49,916 nt of DNA from contig NC_068985.1 of the NCBI RefSeq assembly GCF_001194135.2, positions 115,632,927 to 115,682,842 on the forward strand. Direction: 5' to 3'. This document shows positions 38,850 through 49,916 of the stretch, piece by piece. A model generated the notes under the pieces. That model saw only the letters and a program-made list of their open reading frames with translations. It searched no databases and was not told where the DNA came from. This DNA is from Octopus bimaculoides (Eukaryota). How positions within the stretch are numbered: the first letter of the stretch is position 1; every line of letters begins with the position of its first letter. The translations under genes were made by a program, and so were the position numbers.

Positions 38850-40935
38850 ATTCCCCCATTAGGTGGGGTTCCACCCAGGGCCAACCAGAGCATCCTACAC
38901 ATCCTGGTCACCCTGACTGCCAAGGGCATGCCAGGTAGGTATTCCGCTTCCCCTCAACTGCTACGGCTTACAAATGAATATTCAGATTAGGCCCATTCAC
39001 ACAAACCATTTTCGCAACATTCACCCATCTTTCAACAAAATTCCTGTCTACCTTCTCTTTCCTCTTTAAGTGGAACTTGAAAAAGTCGATGAGGGCTCAA
39101 ACGAAGAGGAAAGTGTCTCTCTTAAGCTCTTTCAGCCTCGTCCACCACACTACCACTTTCGTTATAACCACCAGGCTGAGGAAAACTGCCTTTCCCTCCC
39201 GGCTAAAAGAAGGCAGCGGGGCGATCCTCACAATAGACTCGGCTGATAACTGGATCCGTCCTACATGTAACAACAGCTGTTCGATAAAGCTCCACAAGTC
39301 AGTAATGCACGGATACTGGATAACTGCATGCTGGACAGTTTCATCGCCCTGCGCACACCTCAGAAAGATCCACCTGACAGCGCTTCGAGGCTAGAGATTT
39401 CTGGAAGTAATCCATAGGCCTTGTCTCAAAAGTCATCTGGAAAAGACCAGTTAGTTGATTCCTCCCGACGCCCAGAGTTTCCCCGAATACTTTGCCGCAC
39501 TTTCTCTCCACTAATCCCCTAGAGAACTCCACAATGAAACTTTCACCGACTGTGTTGCCCGACTGACACAAAGCTGTGGGTGCTTGCCGACACTCCAGGT
39601 ACTAAGCGCCCTTTCTTGGACTATGCTTGATCCAGTACTGTAGCGTCATCAATGAGACAAGCTGCGAAAAGTCCTATTTGACGATGAGGAGTAGCTAGTG
39701 TCTGTAGGACCTGTCTCGGATACTGTGAGTATATCTGTGATAGTGTGAACGTGTTTGTGTGAGTGTATGCTTGAAAGTGAGGAGTGATGGAGGTCTGGTT
39801 TGAGAAATACTCTGGGTGGTTTGCTTCATTGTAAGGAGTTCACCGGCCTTTGTTGTTGGAAATGAGGCTACCGTTTCATTACAAGTTCTCTGTTGCTGCT
39901 GTTGCTGTTGTTTAGGATGCGATGTAGGCTGCAGGTGTGTCCCCGTACCTCCCAAATTTTGGGGGCAAAACTCTCAGGTGGTTTGTGGCCCCACAGATGT
40001 TGCATCTGGACTTCCTGCCTTCCATGACGACACGCAGTTCCACAACAATTGTGAGCTAACAGTTTTTAGCGGCTGGTACAAAGCAGTGAGCGCCTGGCAA
40101 AATTCTAGATATCAAGCACCCAACCTTGGTCTACGATTGACTCATGAATACAACTCTGTCAATGAGATGAGCTGCGGAAAGACGTGTCATACAAAAGCCG
40201 CCCATACCAGTTAACCCTTATTTTCGTTGTCGTCGTCCACATCATCACAATGATTTAGATACTTCTGCAGGCGCGACAGCTTCAAAGCGTGGCGCCGCAT
40301 CATTAAGGATGCTATCCCAAGGCCATCACGGCGTGTGTGTTGACAGGAGATGGATTTTTTGACCAGCGGAACCTGACCCTTCGCTTGGCCTTTCATAGAC
40401 AGCTTCCTTTCTCTCCATTTCTGGGTGAACTTCGCCATCCCAGTCATGACCTCTACCCGGTTCCTATCTTCCCGGAGATCTGTTTCGAACCAGACTGCGA
40501 GCACTTTCACCGGATCCTTCGTCCGGCGACAGAAATCGTTGCTAGTCGACTTGCCTTTCCTAGAACCTAGTTACAGTTCTACTGACTTGTCCTGGTTTAT
40601 GAATGCTCCTGTGCATTCCTGATATCCTTTCAGTGTAGTGTCGATCTGTTTATGTCCGAAGAGTCCAAAACCATGACAGTGACGTCGTCCGCGTATGCAG
40701 ACACAGCTCTCCTGTGACACAATTCCAGCGGGATGCCTCTCCAATTCTCTATCCTTCGCAGCAAGGGTTCTAAAGGTAAAATATATATAAGTGAGGAGAG
40801 GGAGCATCCTTGGTATACCGAGTCTTCAATACTGAAAGGTTCCGAGAGGTCGCCATTCAATTTTACCACCGAGCAGATTCCACTATATATCGTGGTGATC
40901 AAGCCTGTGAAGACGGCATCGAAGCCGACAGCACA
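38850..40935 (-). mobile_element. Decayed, mosaic Tx1-like (L1 clade) non-LTR retrotransposon
   Basis: RT motifs SVYQGCSLSSLIYILPLEPLLR and SAYADDVTV (40630-40902); WRERKLSMKG and RRHALKL; gag-knuckle-like RCNICGATNH (~39965-40020); ORF2 C-terminus LWSFIEQLLLHVGRIQLSAESIVRIAP...VWWTRLK...ERWVNVAK, then a 3' UTR. Confidence 0.88.
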
Positions 40936-40936
40936 T

Positions 40937-41048
40937 GAAATGCTACTGAAAACTTGTGGATACCTAAAGTTACAGGTAGTTAACTGCTACTCACATAAGT
41001 CCTACCATGAATAAAACCGAACCTGTGGTAAACCAAAATAACAATAAG
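40937..41048 (+). mobile_element. Isolated 3' UTR of the RLE LINE family found at 33409-33900
   Basis: tgctactgaaaacttgtggatacctaaagttacaggtagt...aaaaccgaacctgtggtaaaccaaaat matches 33793-33895 and ~28640-28670 by eye. Confidence 0.75.
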
Positions 41049-41129
41049 TTTTCCGATGGACATCATGGAACTTAAATGAAGTCTTTCTTATTGTCTGAGA
41101 ACTTAATTATATTTACTATATCACGGTGT

Positions 41130-41432
41130 CAATTAGGCTATTGGATGTTGTTGCACACCGATGGTTATAAAGCACTTCCTTGCGTTTTTTGTAGATTTCA
41201 AATGATACTGCTCCGCTGGCATGGCCTGCAATCTTATGGCATATAAATAACCACGATCACGAAATACCACTTAAAGACAATGCCAAGTCGTCACAGGGTA
41301 ATTTTATCTCCAACCGAGCAGAACGAAGCAAGGAGAAATGAAGCGTTTTGCTTGAGAAGAAAACTTAGGATTCGAACCCACCATCTTATGATCATATACG
41401 AAACAAAATAACCACTAAGCTACAGGGCTTCA
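41130..41432 (-). mobile_element. Third tRNA-headed SINE family
   Basis: The minus strand begins gaagccctgtagcttagtggtta...gatggtgggttcgaatcctaag (A-box and B-box GGTTCGAATCC). The body differs from the other two families; its extent is inferred. Confidence 0.55.
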
Positions 41433-41948
41433 CTCATATTACTAATGGCAATTGCACTTGTATAGCACTGATAAATATAAATGAGTATGCAACGCAAAGG
41501 TGATGAATCAAACATTTACTTTGAAGCGTTGTGGCATGAGGTCTACTTGATCTGTCAAATGATTGGTATCTACCAGTCGAATGAAATCAATACAAATCGG
41601 TCCAGACGGCACCGATGTATAAATTTAGATGTCCTGATAACTTCTTGTATAAGAGTCTATTGTCTAGTAATGTAATAATTGTAACCATACTTTTAGATGG
41701 CAATTCCATAGACTTATATAATATTGATGTAAATTGTAGTATGAGAGCTGTCACATAATACAAGGCGATGTTACGAAATAATATTTCATCATTCCGGTAT
41801 CCTAAACTATTAAATAATGTAATAATAATTGCATCTTCAAAATATTTAGTACGTAATTGTTTCGTTTTCTTTTTATTTTAGAACAAAACATTAGAAAAAA
41901 TAATCTTTTTCTCTCGCAATTTTTAGAATTCCACCAGCAGTGCATGTA

Positions 41949-41979
<31 letters not shown>

Positions 41980-42039
41980 CTAGTCTCAGCTCGAGAGTGG
42001 CGGTTATGCTGCGGTACCGACGTCAGCTTCCCTACACTT

Positions 42040-42640
42040 CCACTACTGGAAACCTACTCTGATATGTGGCATTTGATGAATGATGGAGTTTGATGTTGCT
42101 TTCCGCATCTGCGTTTCTTGTCGTGAGATAGGTTCAGTCTCTCCCAGTATCTAACATATCGCATTGAAGCAATCTTCTCTGCGTAAATTCGCAGGATTGT
42201 ATCGAGTTCTGCGGTAAATTTGACATTGAGTGGTGGTCATAGTTGGAAGCAACAGTCTAATTGGCTAAGGACAAATGTCCCCCAGAGGACCATCATGGTT
42301 TCCCATTCTCTTGTTCTCAATGGTCTCAGGATACTCCGGCCAGCCGTCTGCATGTTATTGCCAATTTAGTCATATGCACTTGGAAAGATGCATCATTACC
42401 CTTGTCAATGCCCAGATCGCGCACCATGCATTGATTTTAATTCAGGGTTTGTAATCATTTCTGGACTAATGTACTCTGTTTGAATTTCATTCAGTTTCGT
42501 GTGCTGGTAGTGCAGGGCTAAGAATTTTCCGGCATAAAAGCAAAGCACATGTTATTGTCCTCAGCGCACCCAACTCCTGTTATAAATGCGCAACACTTCT
42601 ATGATTGTGTATCTTCTGAGAGGCTTTTGTATCATTTGTG
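42040..42640 (-). mobile_element. CR1/Crack-group LINE relic (end of RT and downstream region)
   Basis: AEDNNMCF...VRDLGIDKGNDASFQVHMTKLAITCRRLAG/ILRPLRTREWETMMVLWGTFVLSQLDCCFQL*PP...RYWERL, with frameshifts. Confidence 0.8.
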
Positions 42641-43215
42641 TAGTTCGCACGAGTCGTTATCTGAGCAGCTAAGGGCATGTCTGAGAGAGCCACTATGAAT
42701 AACAATAACCCTAAGATTGCACTTTGGGACACCACACGCAATTTGTGTTTCTTTGGAGGTAGTTCCGTTGGACACGACTACCCGATTTCTATCTTTTAGA
42801 AAATTGTGTAGCTACTCTACGTTTTCCGATTATGCTAAAATTACACAGCTTGTGACATCACACCATGTTAATAAATTAAAGGCTTTAGGTAAGTCAAGAT
42901 ATATTACGACCACAGTTGAGTTGTTGAGCAGCTGCTTTAACGCTCAACCTTAGTCTGTAAGAGCCTTGTCAGGCAACTTCTACCTAATCAATAATCATGA
43001 AGGGTGTCAGTCAGCAAGTCATTCTCTTCAAGGAACGCAATTAATTTCCTGCAGATTCTTCGTTCCATGAATTTGCTGATGTGTCATATCAGAGAGATAG
43101 GCTTTTAATTTTTTAGCATCTACTATGCTTCCTCCTTTACAAACAGGGCATATTATATTCCCTCCTTCATTTTACCTGGCATTTTATCAGTTGCAAGGAA
43201 GCCCTGAAAAAGTAG

Positions 43216-43306
43216 CTTCTTCTTCTTCTTCTTCTTCTTCTTCTTCTTCTTCTTCTTCTTCTTCTTCTTCTTCTTCTTCTTCTTCTTCTCCTCCTCCTCC
43301 TCCTTC
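43216..43306 (+). repeat. (TTC)n grading into (CCT)n
   Basis: Directly visible. Confidence 0.95.
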
Positions 43307-43825
43307 ATAGCGATCTTAACCACTCCCCCCACACACATATTTCTCTTATTTATCCTTTTTCACAAATTCATTTCCCTCTCGAAACGTGCTTTCTACGCAT
43401 TTCGAGAAAATCTCCTACGAGTTAACACAGGAACCCCTAACGACAATGTAAAACATCACCTGATCCTGGTATCTTTGTTCTGAAGAGTAGCATGTACTCT
43501 ACACTTCGTCTGGATAATTATTACTTTCGAGGAGCAGCTAGCTATGAAACACATGTACTCTGGACTTTATCTACGCTATTCCCTAATTTTTGAATGCTCA
43601 AACGCATATACAACCTCAGTTGCTAACCGTGAACTATAATAACCTATTTGAGCATTTTGTACTTCGATTCGGGAAAAATTCATAACATTCTGCGCCAATA
43701 GACTATTATTGTTCCTTTTATATATTTTACGGATTGCTTCTAGCTCACTAACTTCCTACACTTTGATCCTTGGATCTTTCCTTCAAATATTTATCAATCT
43801 ATCTATCTATCTATCTATCTATGCT

Positions 43826-43864
<39 letters not shown>

Positions 43865-43867
<3 letters not shown>

Positions 43868-43920
43868 AATAATATATGAGTATATGCATATATATGTACA
43901 TGTACGTATATACCTTCATC

Positions 43921-43968
<48 letters not shown>

Positions 43969-44021
43969 AATAATATATGAGTATATGCATATATATGTAC
44001 ATGTACGTATATACCTTCATC

Positions 44022-44055
<34 letters not shown>

Positions 44056-44175
44056 TATCTGGGTACATGACGCTGCACAAAACATGGACAAAATGATAAA
44101 CAAGGTACAGAAAACACACAAGCCACATAGAGAACATTTCCTTCATCAGCTGCCACCATTACAACACTGGCATAT
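43865..44175 (+). repeat. Longer copy of the same (TA)n-embedded repeat, with its first ~105 bp duplicated in tandem
   Basis: The unit caaataatatatgagtatatgc...ccttcatctacatata occurs at ~43866 and ~43967, then continues to ...ttccttcatcagctgccacc. Confidence 0.75.
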
Positions 44176-44564
44176 ATAAATATATATACGCACACACGCA
44201 GAAAATCAGAGAAAGATATCGTTGGCTGCAAGGATAAGTAGAGTGAGAGATTGAAAGACAGATATCTAGAGAATCAGATGGCTAGCTAACTAGCTAGAAA
44301 AATAGATAGACACTAATTTATATGTTTATATAAGGGGAGAATTAGAAATGAATAGAAAAACAACTCAATATAGTGAGACACTTATGTCAAGCTCTACAGA
44401 AAATTCATTTTGTAAATCTTTTACATTAGTGAATTTAATATGTAGATATTAATAGATGAAGAAATAAAATGAAAAATCTTCTCTAATGGAGCCTTATTCA
44501 TTACAGATACTTTCGTTTTCAAGTGGATATTGCAAATTTTATAATATATACCTATCATTGTGTA

Positions 44565-44602
<38 letters not shown>

Positions 44603-44723
44603 CTATCTATCTATCTATCTTTCTATTAATACACACATACATACACATATATATGTGTGTGTTTGTATTTTGTGCATCTTTGTTTTTAGGGTCGTATGTT
44701 TACTCATGTACTCATGTATACAT

Positions 44724-44819
<96 letters not shown>

Positions 44820-45336
44820 ATACACATACTCTCCCTCACACACAGAAACACACATGTGTAGGTGAACGCATATATAAACATTTATATTTTGCGTGTGTAT
44901 AAATATGCGAGCGAGAAAATATATTGGGTATTATTTTTATTTCGTATACTTGGGTATACTTGGGTATACCAAATTACAGCAAGTGCCAACCAATACCTCG
45001 ATGGTATAAAAGGTACTAGAGGATAAAATTTAAAAAATAGATAAAGTTAAGATTTAAAATAAAAATTAGAATTTGAAGTAGTTATTAGGGGTTCTAACAT
45101 TGTGGTTAATTACATAAGACCTCTGTGTTCTCAAATAAGTTCATGCATGAAATAGCAGGCATCATTACAAGGAGTTAGTTGGTAATATTAAGAAGGAAAG
45201 GCGTAATTATGATAAGACGTAGGTGATTGATATGGGTGGGGGTTAAGACCTAAACTCAGAATTTGGGTAAAAGGAGGAGGTATTTAAATGAATATTTACA
45301 AGAGCCTCGGTAATTACTGGGAACCGACTACTACTT

Positions 45337-46629
45337 TTGGTGAAGCCGTATTCAGATAGATTGTCTGTTACCCAACTTTGTGATGAGATTTCGTGGGTGT
45401 ATCGGATGTTTCTAAAAGTGCTATTTGATTCACAAAAATTTATATAAAAATACTAACCATACCATCCAGCTACACCTATGAGTAAAATGTAAATTTTATA
45501 ACTTTGAAGTTTATTCTGTCGCTTGATGGGGTAGTTTATGCATTGTGGGATGCATTTGCTTTCAGTATATCGTTTTCACTCACGAGGGAGCAGTGCAGGC
45601 ATGCCGAAACGTTCGTTGTTATAAATATAAAGTTTCCAGTACACTCTGTCATCCGTATCAATCATTGAGAATAAACTCAACGTGCACCGAGGAATTCCTA
45701 ACGCAGATCCAACAACCAAACTCTATTTACCGCGGATGACATCTGGTAGCCGTAAGTGGTGAACGTGCTCTGCCGGCACATTATTCGGGCCGGACACAAA
45801 ATAAGGTTTGAATGCTGAATTTACAATTTCATATCTAAACTTTAATTTCAATTATGTGTGTATGTGTGTGTTTGTCTGTATATATGGATGCATATATGTA
45901 TGTGTGTATATTTATAGAATTTTATATACATTCACGTACATATATTCATGCATACATACTTACATACATACATACATATATATAAGAGAAAGAGCGGGAG
46001 AAAGAGAGATAGAGAAAGAGGGAGAGACATGTATTTGCCTGAATATGAATATATGGATATGTATGTATATAGGTGTACGAATTGAATATAACGGTAGAAA
46101 AGCTTCTGCTACAAGGTTTATAAATGTAGAGTTTATTGTAAACAAATTATCCATCTACAAACATGTTATTTTCGGCGATGCAGCTAGGTGGTTCCATCGA
46201 AATGTTGCTCTGTGAAAGAATAATTTGTTTACACATTATTATATATCTGAAAAATAATGCACCAGATGGCTTTCTATAAAATTCTTTTTGTTGCCGTTTC
46301 AAATTATCAAATACGTTGTGATTCAATGTGATACACTAAGATTGAAAATATATTCATATCGAGGTTTTTGTGCTAAAACAGAAATTGTGAGGCAGAAAAG
46401 AGTTAAAATGAGTTACAGCTACAATGAAATCAACACTAGACAGATGAGATTCCAAAATTTTCTGTATCTATAATGGCACATGAGATAATTGCCGATGGGT
46501 ATTTTGAGTTAATTTTGGCCCTACGAGAGGGATAGCTCCAATTGGTGAAGCCGTATTCAGATAGATTGTCGGTTACGCGAACTTTGTGATGGGATTACCT
46601 GGGTGTATCGGGTGTTTCTAAAAGTGCTA
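45337..46629 (+). repeat. Pair of ~88-bp direct repeats (45337-45423 and 46542-46629)
   Basis: ttggtgaagccgtattcagatagattgtc...gggtgtatcgg.tgtttctaaaagtgcta; about 8 differences counted by eye. Confidence 0.9.
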
Positions 46630-46796
46630 AAAAAAGTAGTCAAGGAAACATAAACTGGGGGACATATAATTTGTTTACAATAAATTCTATGCTTAAAATA
46701 TTTCAATGTAGGGGGTTCTTTCTAATTATTTTATTGAAAATTTCAATCATGCGGTGCTTGAATATAACTCTCCAATGTAAGAATGTGTGTGTGTGT

Positions 46797-46831
<35 letters not shown>

Positions 46832-48948
46832 NNNNNNNNNNNNNNNNNNNNNNNNNNNNNNNNNNNNNNNNNNNNNNNNNNNNNNNNNNNNNNNNNNNNN
46901 NNNNNNNNNNNNNNNNNNNNNNNNNNNNNNNNNNNNNNNNNNNNNNNNNNNNNNNNNNNNNNNNNNNNNNNNNNNNNNNNNNNNNNNNNNNNNNNNNNNN
47001 NNNNNNNNNNNNNNNNNNNNNNNNNNNNNNNNNNNNNNNNNNNNNNNNNNNNNNNNNNNNNNNNTATATATATGTATATATATACATGCATATATGTGTG
47101 TGTGAGAGTATGTGTTATTATGTATCTATAAGTATATTGGCTAGGTGCTTGGTGGTACATAGTATAATTTAATGCTTCTGAAAGTGTGAAACTATATATA
47201 GCTCCTTTGTAATTGTGTATATTAAATCACTTTTATCACTGAATAAAGTAATTTTTTGTTGATCCTACCTATAATGGAACTGTAAACAATATGTATGTAT
47301 GTATATAAATTTATATACGTGCGTATGTATGTATATGAATTTATATGTGTANNNNNNNNNNNNNNNNNNNNNNNNNNNNNNNNNNNNNNNNNNNNNNNNN
47401 NNNNNNNNNNNNNNNNNNNNNNNNNNNNNNNNNNNNNNNNNNNNNNNNNNNNNNNNNNNNNNNNNNNNNNNNNNNNNNNNNNNNNNNNNNNNNNNNNNNN
47501 NNNNNNNNNNNNNNNNNNNNNNNNNNNNNNNNNNNNNNNNNNNNNNNNNNNNNNNNNNNNNNNNNNNNNNNNNNNNNNNNNNNNNNNNNNNNNNNNNNNN
47601 NNNNNNNNNNNNNNNNNNNNNNNNNNNNNNNNNNNNNNNNNNNNNNNNNNNNNNNNNNNNNNNNNNNNNNNNNNNNNNNNNNNNNNNNNNNNNNNNNNNN
47701 NNNNNNNNNNNNNNNNNNNNNNNNNNNNNNNNNNNNNNNNNNNNNNNNNNNNNNNNNNNNNNNNNATGTATATATGTATATATATATTTACATATTTCTA
47801 TATCTATTTGTATATATATGTATGTATATATACACCTGTCTGTCTGTATACATGCGTTTTGGCGTGCGTGTAGAAACCTACACATATACAATGACATACC
47901 CGCACATATAGAAAGCGAGACAGAAAGCAAGGGAGAGAATAAGAAAGGGAAGGAGACACAGACAGACAGATTGACTGAAAGACGAACCTATTGTCATTTG
48001 GTTTAATGACATGACAGCGTACTGCTAATTAAACGTTAATTATTTTCATTTCCTCTTTAGAATCTATTAATATAAAAAAAATCTTGTATTCTTTGAAATT
48101 GTGTACGTTTAAGCATACAGTTTTATTGGCATGATGCAGTAAATTCTTTACAAAATTAATGAAACCAAACAAAAAATTCATGAATGTTTCCCGATAAGAT
48201 GTTTTATATAATATACGTTATCTAATATTCTTCATATGAAGGACGAACTATTTATTAATAGCAATTTGTTTATAACACTCAAATATCTGATGCATTGGAT
48301 GAACGAAAATCGTTAGAGTCGGGTATGTGTGATCAAACGAAGTTGAATCTATAAGTTGAAACAGACTGAAAATAGGGTCGCATCTGAAGATCAGTTTATG
48401 CTGCTCAACTTAATGTTGAAATTTTCATTGAATCTACTGGCTTTTCTAACACTCAATGATCAGCGGAGGTGTGAAAACTCCATTTGAGATGATGGAACTG
48501 GTATATTTTTCGATAACCAATGAAGAACACTGCAATCTCCACCGTTGACATTTTGAACAATAATCGAGAAATACACGGCCTGTTGATTGGTGTCACTGCC
48601 AACAAAATTCTTCTAAACTATTTTGGACTTGTATGATGTAGGAGCATCTGAAGCAAAAACATGTATCGAAGAAGGGAGAAGAAAGGGAAAATGGGAATGT
48701 TTTTGACAATGCGGAAAAGTTCACAAAAACTTTATATTTTAGACGCAAAGGCCCATCTACAGAAGAAAAACAGTCTGGGAAATGTCTAGTTATACAGGTT
48801 CCGCTAACCAATTAAAATCACTCAGTGTTATGCTAGCAGTACAGTCACTCTCTGTAATCACTTCCCCAAGCGTTGGTGTAAACAAACATCCAACTGTTGG
48901 ATGATGTGACGGGTTAGCAGCAGCAACTGCAGGTTCCCGGCTGTTTTT

Positions 48949-48986
48949 TCTTCTGAGGATGGGCCTTTGCGCCTGAAATGTAAAGG
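48949..48986 (+). ncRNA. CpG-decayed minimal hammerhead-like motif
   Basis: tctt-CTGAGGA-t-GGGC ctttgc GCCT-GAAA-TG-TA-aagg. Reverting two TpG to CpG gives GCCC GAAA CG TA, a canonical layout. Confidence 0.45.
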
Positions 48987-49482
48987 CTTTGTGAAATTTA
49001 CTGCATTGTCGGAAGCCTTCCTATTTTCCCTTTTCTTTCCCTTTTTCGATACTACGATGTTTCAAGCGATCTACAATACTCTTTAAAAAGGTATATTTCT
49101 CTGATCTCCAGTGTTCTCATTCTTTTCCCTCAGGTGCCCAAATATAAGCCTTCAAAACATTAGTGGGAAAACCCTATAGTCAGATGTGTCAACATTTTAT
49201 GTCGTCATCCAGCTAAATGATTTTACTCATGGGATATTAGATTACTTTTCCCCGAAAGATATCAAGAAAAAAATTGTACTCCGTCCGGTGAAAGATGAAT
49301 ATCGTTTAATGTACACAGTATGTAATAATGAACTAGTAAATTGTTTCACGTATTTGAGACTTGGTCTAGGCAGATATTTAAAACTCGCCCAGTGTCTCCA
49401 AGTAATCTTCTAATCTTAATGCTCAAGGGACATGACCTTATCCGTCACAACACTCACACACACATACACACACATGTACATA

Positions 49483-49672
49483 CGAAGAGGTGCTGAAAAG
49501 TTCCTGGCATCAAGGGTATCACGAAAGGTGTGGTTGGAGGTCCAGATTACCAAGTTTTTTTACAGGGCTTAGGAAAACTGAAGGGCCGGCGCAATAAGTG
49601 CGGGAATCTTGAGAGGGGAAAATGATTAATAAATTCATAATTAAATGATCCTCCTATATTTTCAATACCACC
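49483..49672 (+). mobile_element. Second copy of the same mariner MITE, opposite orientation, right TIR lost
   Basis: TA-cgaagaggtgctgaaaagttcctggc, followed by a body that aligns by eye to the reverse complement of 23928-24144 (aagggtat..gaaagg..gttggagg..gggcttag(g)aaaactgaagg..gagggg). It ends in (TA)n. Confidence 0.8.
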
Positions 49673-49916
49673 TATATATATATGTATATATATATATATA
49701 TATATTTATTCATTTATTTTTTTTTATTTATGTGTTTCAGCCAAGTGACTGCGGTCATGCTGGTGCACCACCGTGATTTTCACGTTCCTTGCATGGCTCT
49801 TCTCCCCCACCTGACATGGTCCAATCAAGAGTTTTGATGGCACATCTGGTGTATAAGAGAATTTGACATAGCTGCCCTAAACTGCGTCTCATTACGAGCC
49901 ATTGGTTCGTCTGGTA

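Noticed and set aside
41350-41430. tRNA-like A/B boxes here and in the other SINE heads
   Set aside because: No complete cloverleaf is present; they continue into SINE bodies, so they are not tRNA genes.
45579-45614. Fourth hammerhead-like string CTCACGA...GCC GAAACGTTC
   Set aside because: The core has G5 changed to C, stem II is bulged and no stem I can form. At most a heavily decayed Penelope-type end.
48480-48600. Minus-strand SDTNQQAVYFSIIVQNVNG, and INVCDINDSP on the plus strand at ~7785, both cadherin-like
   Set aside because: These are short resemblances without a complete DxNDNxP/LDRE/AxDxG set or consistent strand and splicing.
49134-49180. Very strong plus-strand acceptor tcattcttttccctcag
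   Set aside because: All three frames stop within 45 nt and no donor follows. At most a terminal or non-coding exon.

Overview
This is AT-rich, microsatellite-saturated animal genomic DNA with about 13 N-gaps (roughly 4 kb), nearly all flanked by (TA)n or (CA)n, which points to a short-read assembly. The repeat content (tRNA-headed SINEs, mariners, TAA-associated RLE LINEs) suggests a coleoid cephalopod such as Octopus; this is an inference. I cannot support any intact protein-coding gene: almost every ORF in the track comes from a microsatellite, an N-gap or a decayed transposon. Recognisable content: a near full-length dead mariner, an N-terminal mariner relic and two mariner MITE copies; six 5'-truncated R4/Dong-like RLE LINE pieces, four starting at or directly joined to (TAA)n arrays; a mosaic Tx1/L1-clade LINE; a CR1-group RT relic; more than 20 SINE copies from three families; and large trinucleotide fields. 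The best leads are (1) three minimal type I hammerhead-ribozyme-like motifs in unrelated carriers that share a one-nucleotide insertion after the core, the best at 15610-15653; (2) a duplicated ~88-nt imperfect hairpin at 45337 and 46542 that could be a pre-miRNA pair; and (3) a set of TAA-anchored retroelements. All structures and alignments were made by eye, so boundaries are approximate.
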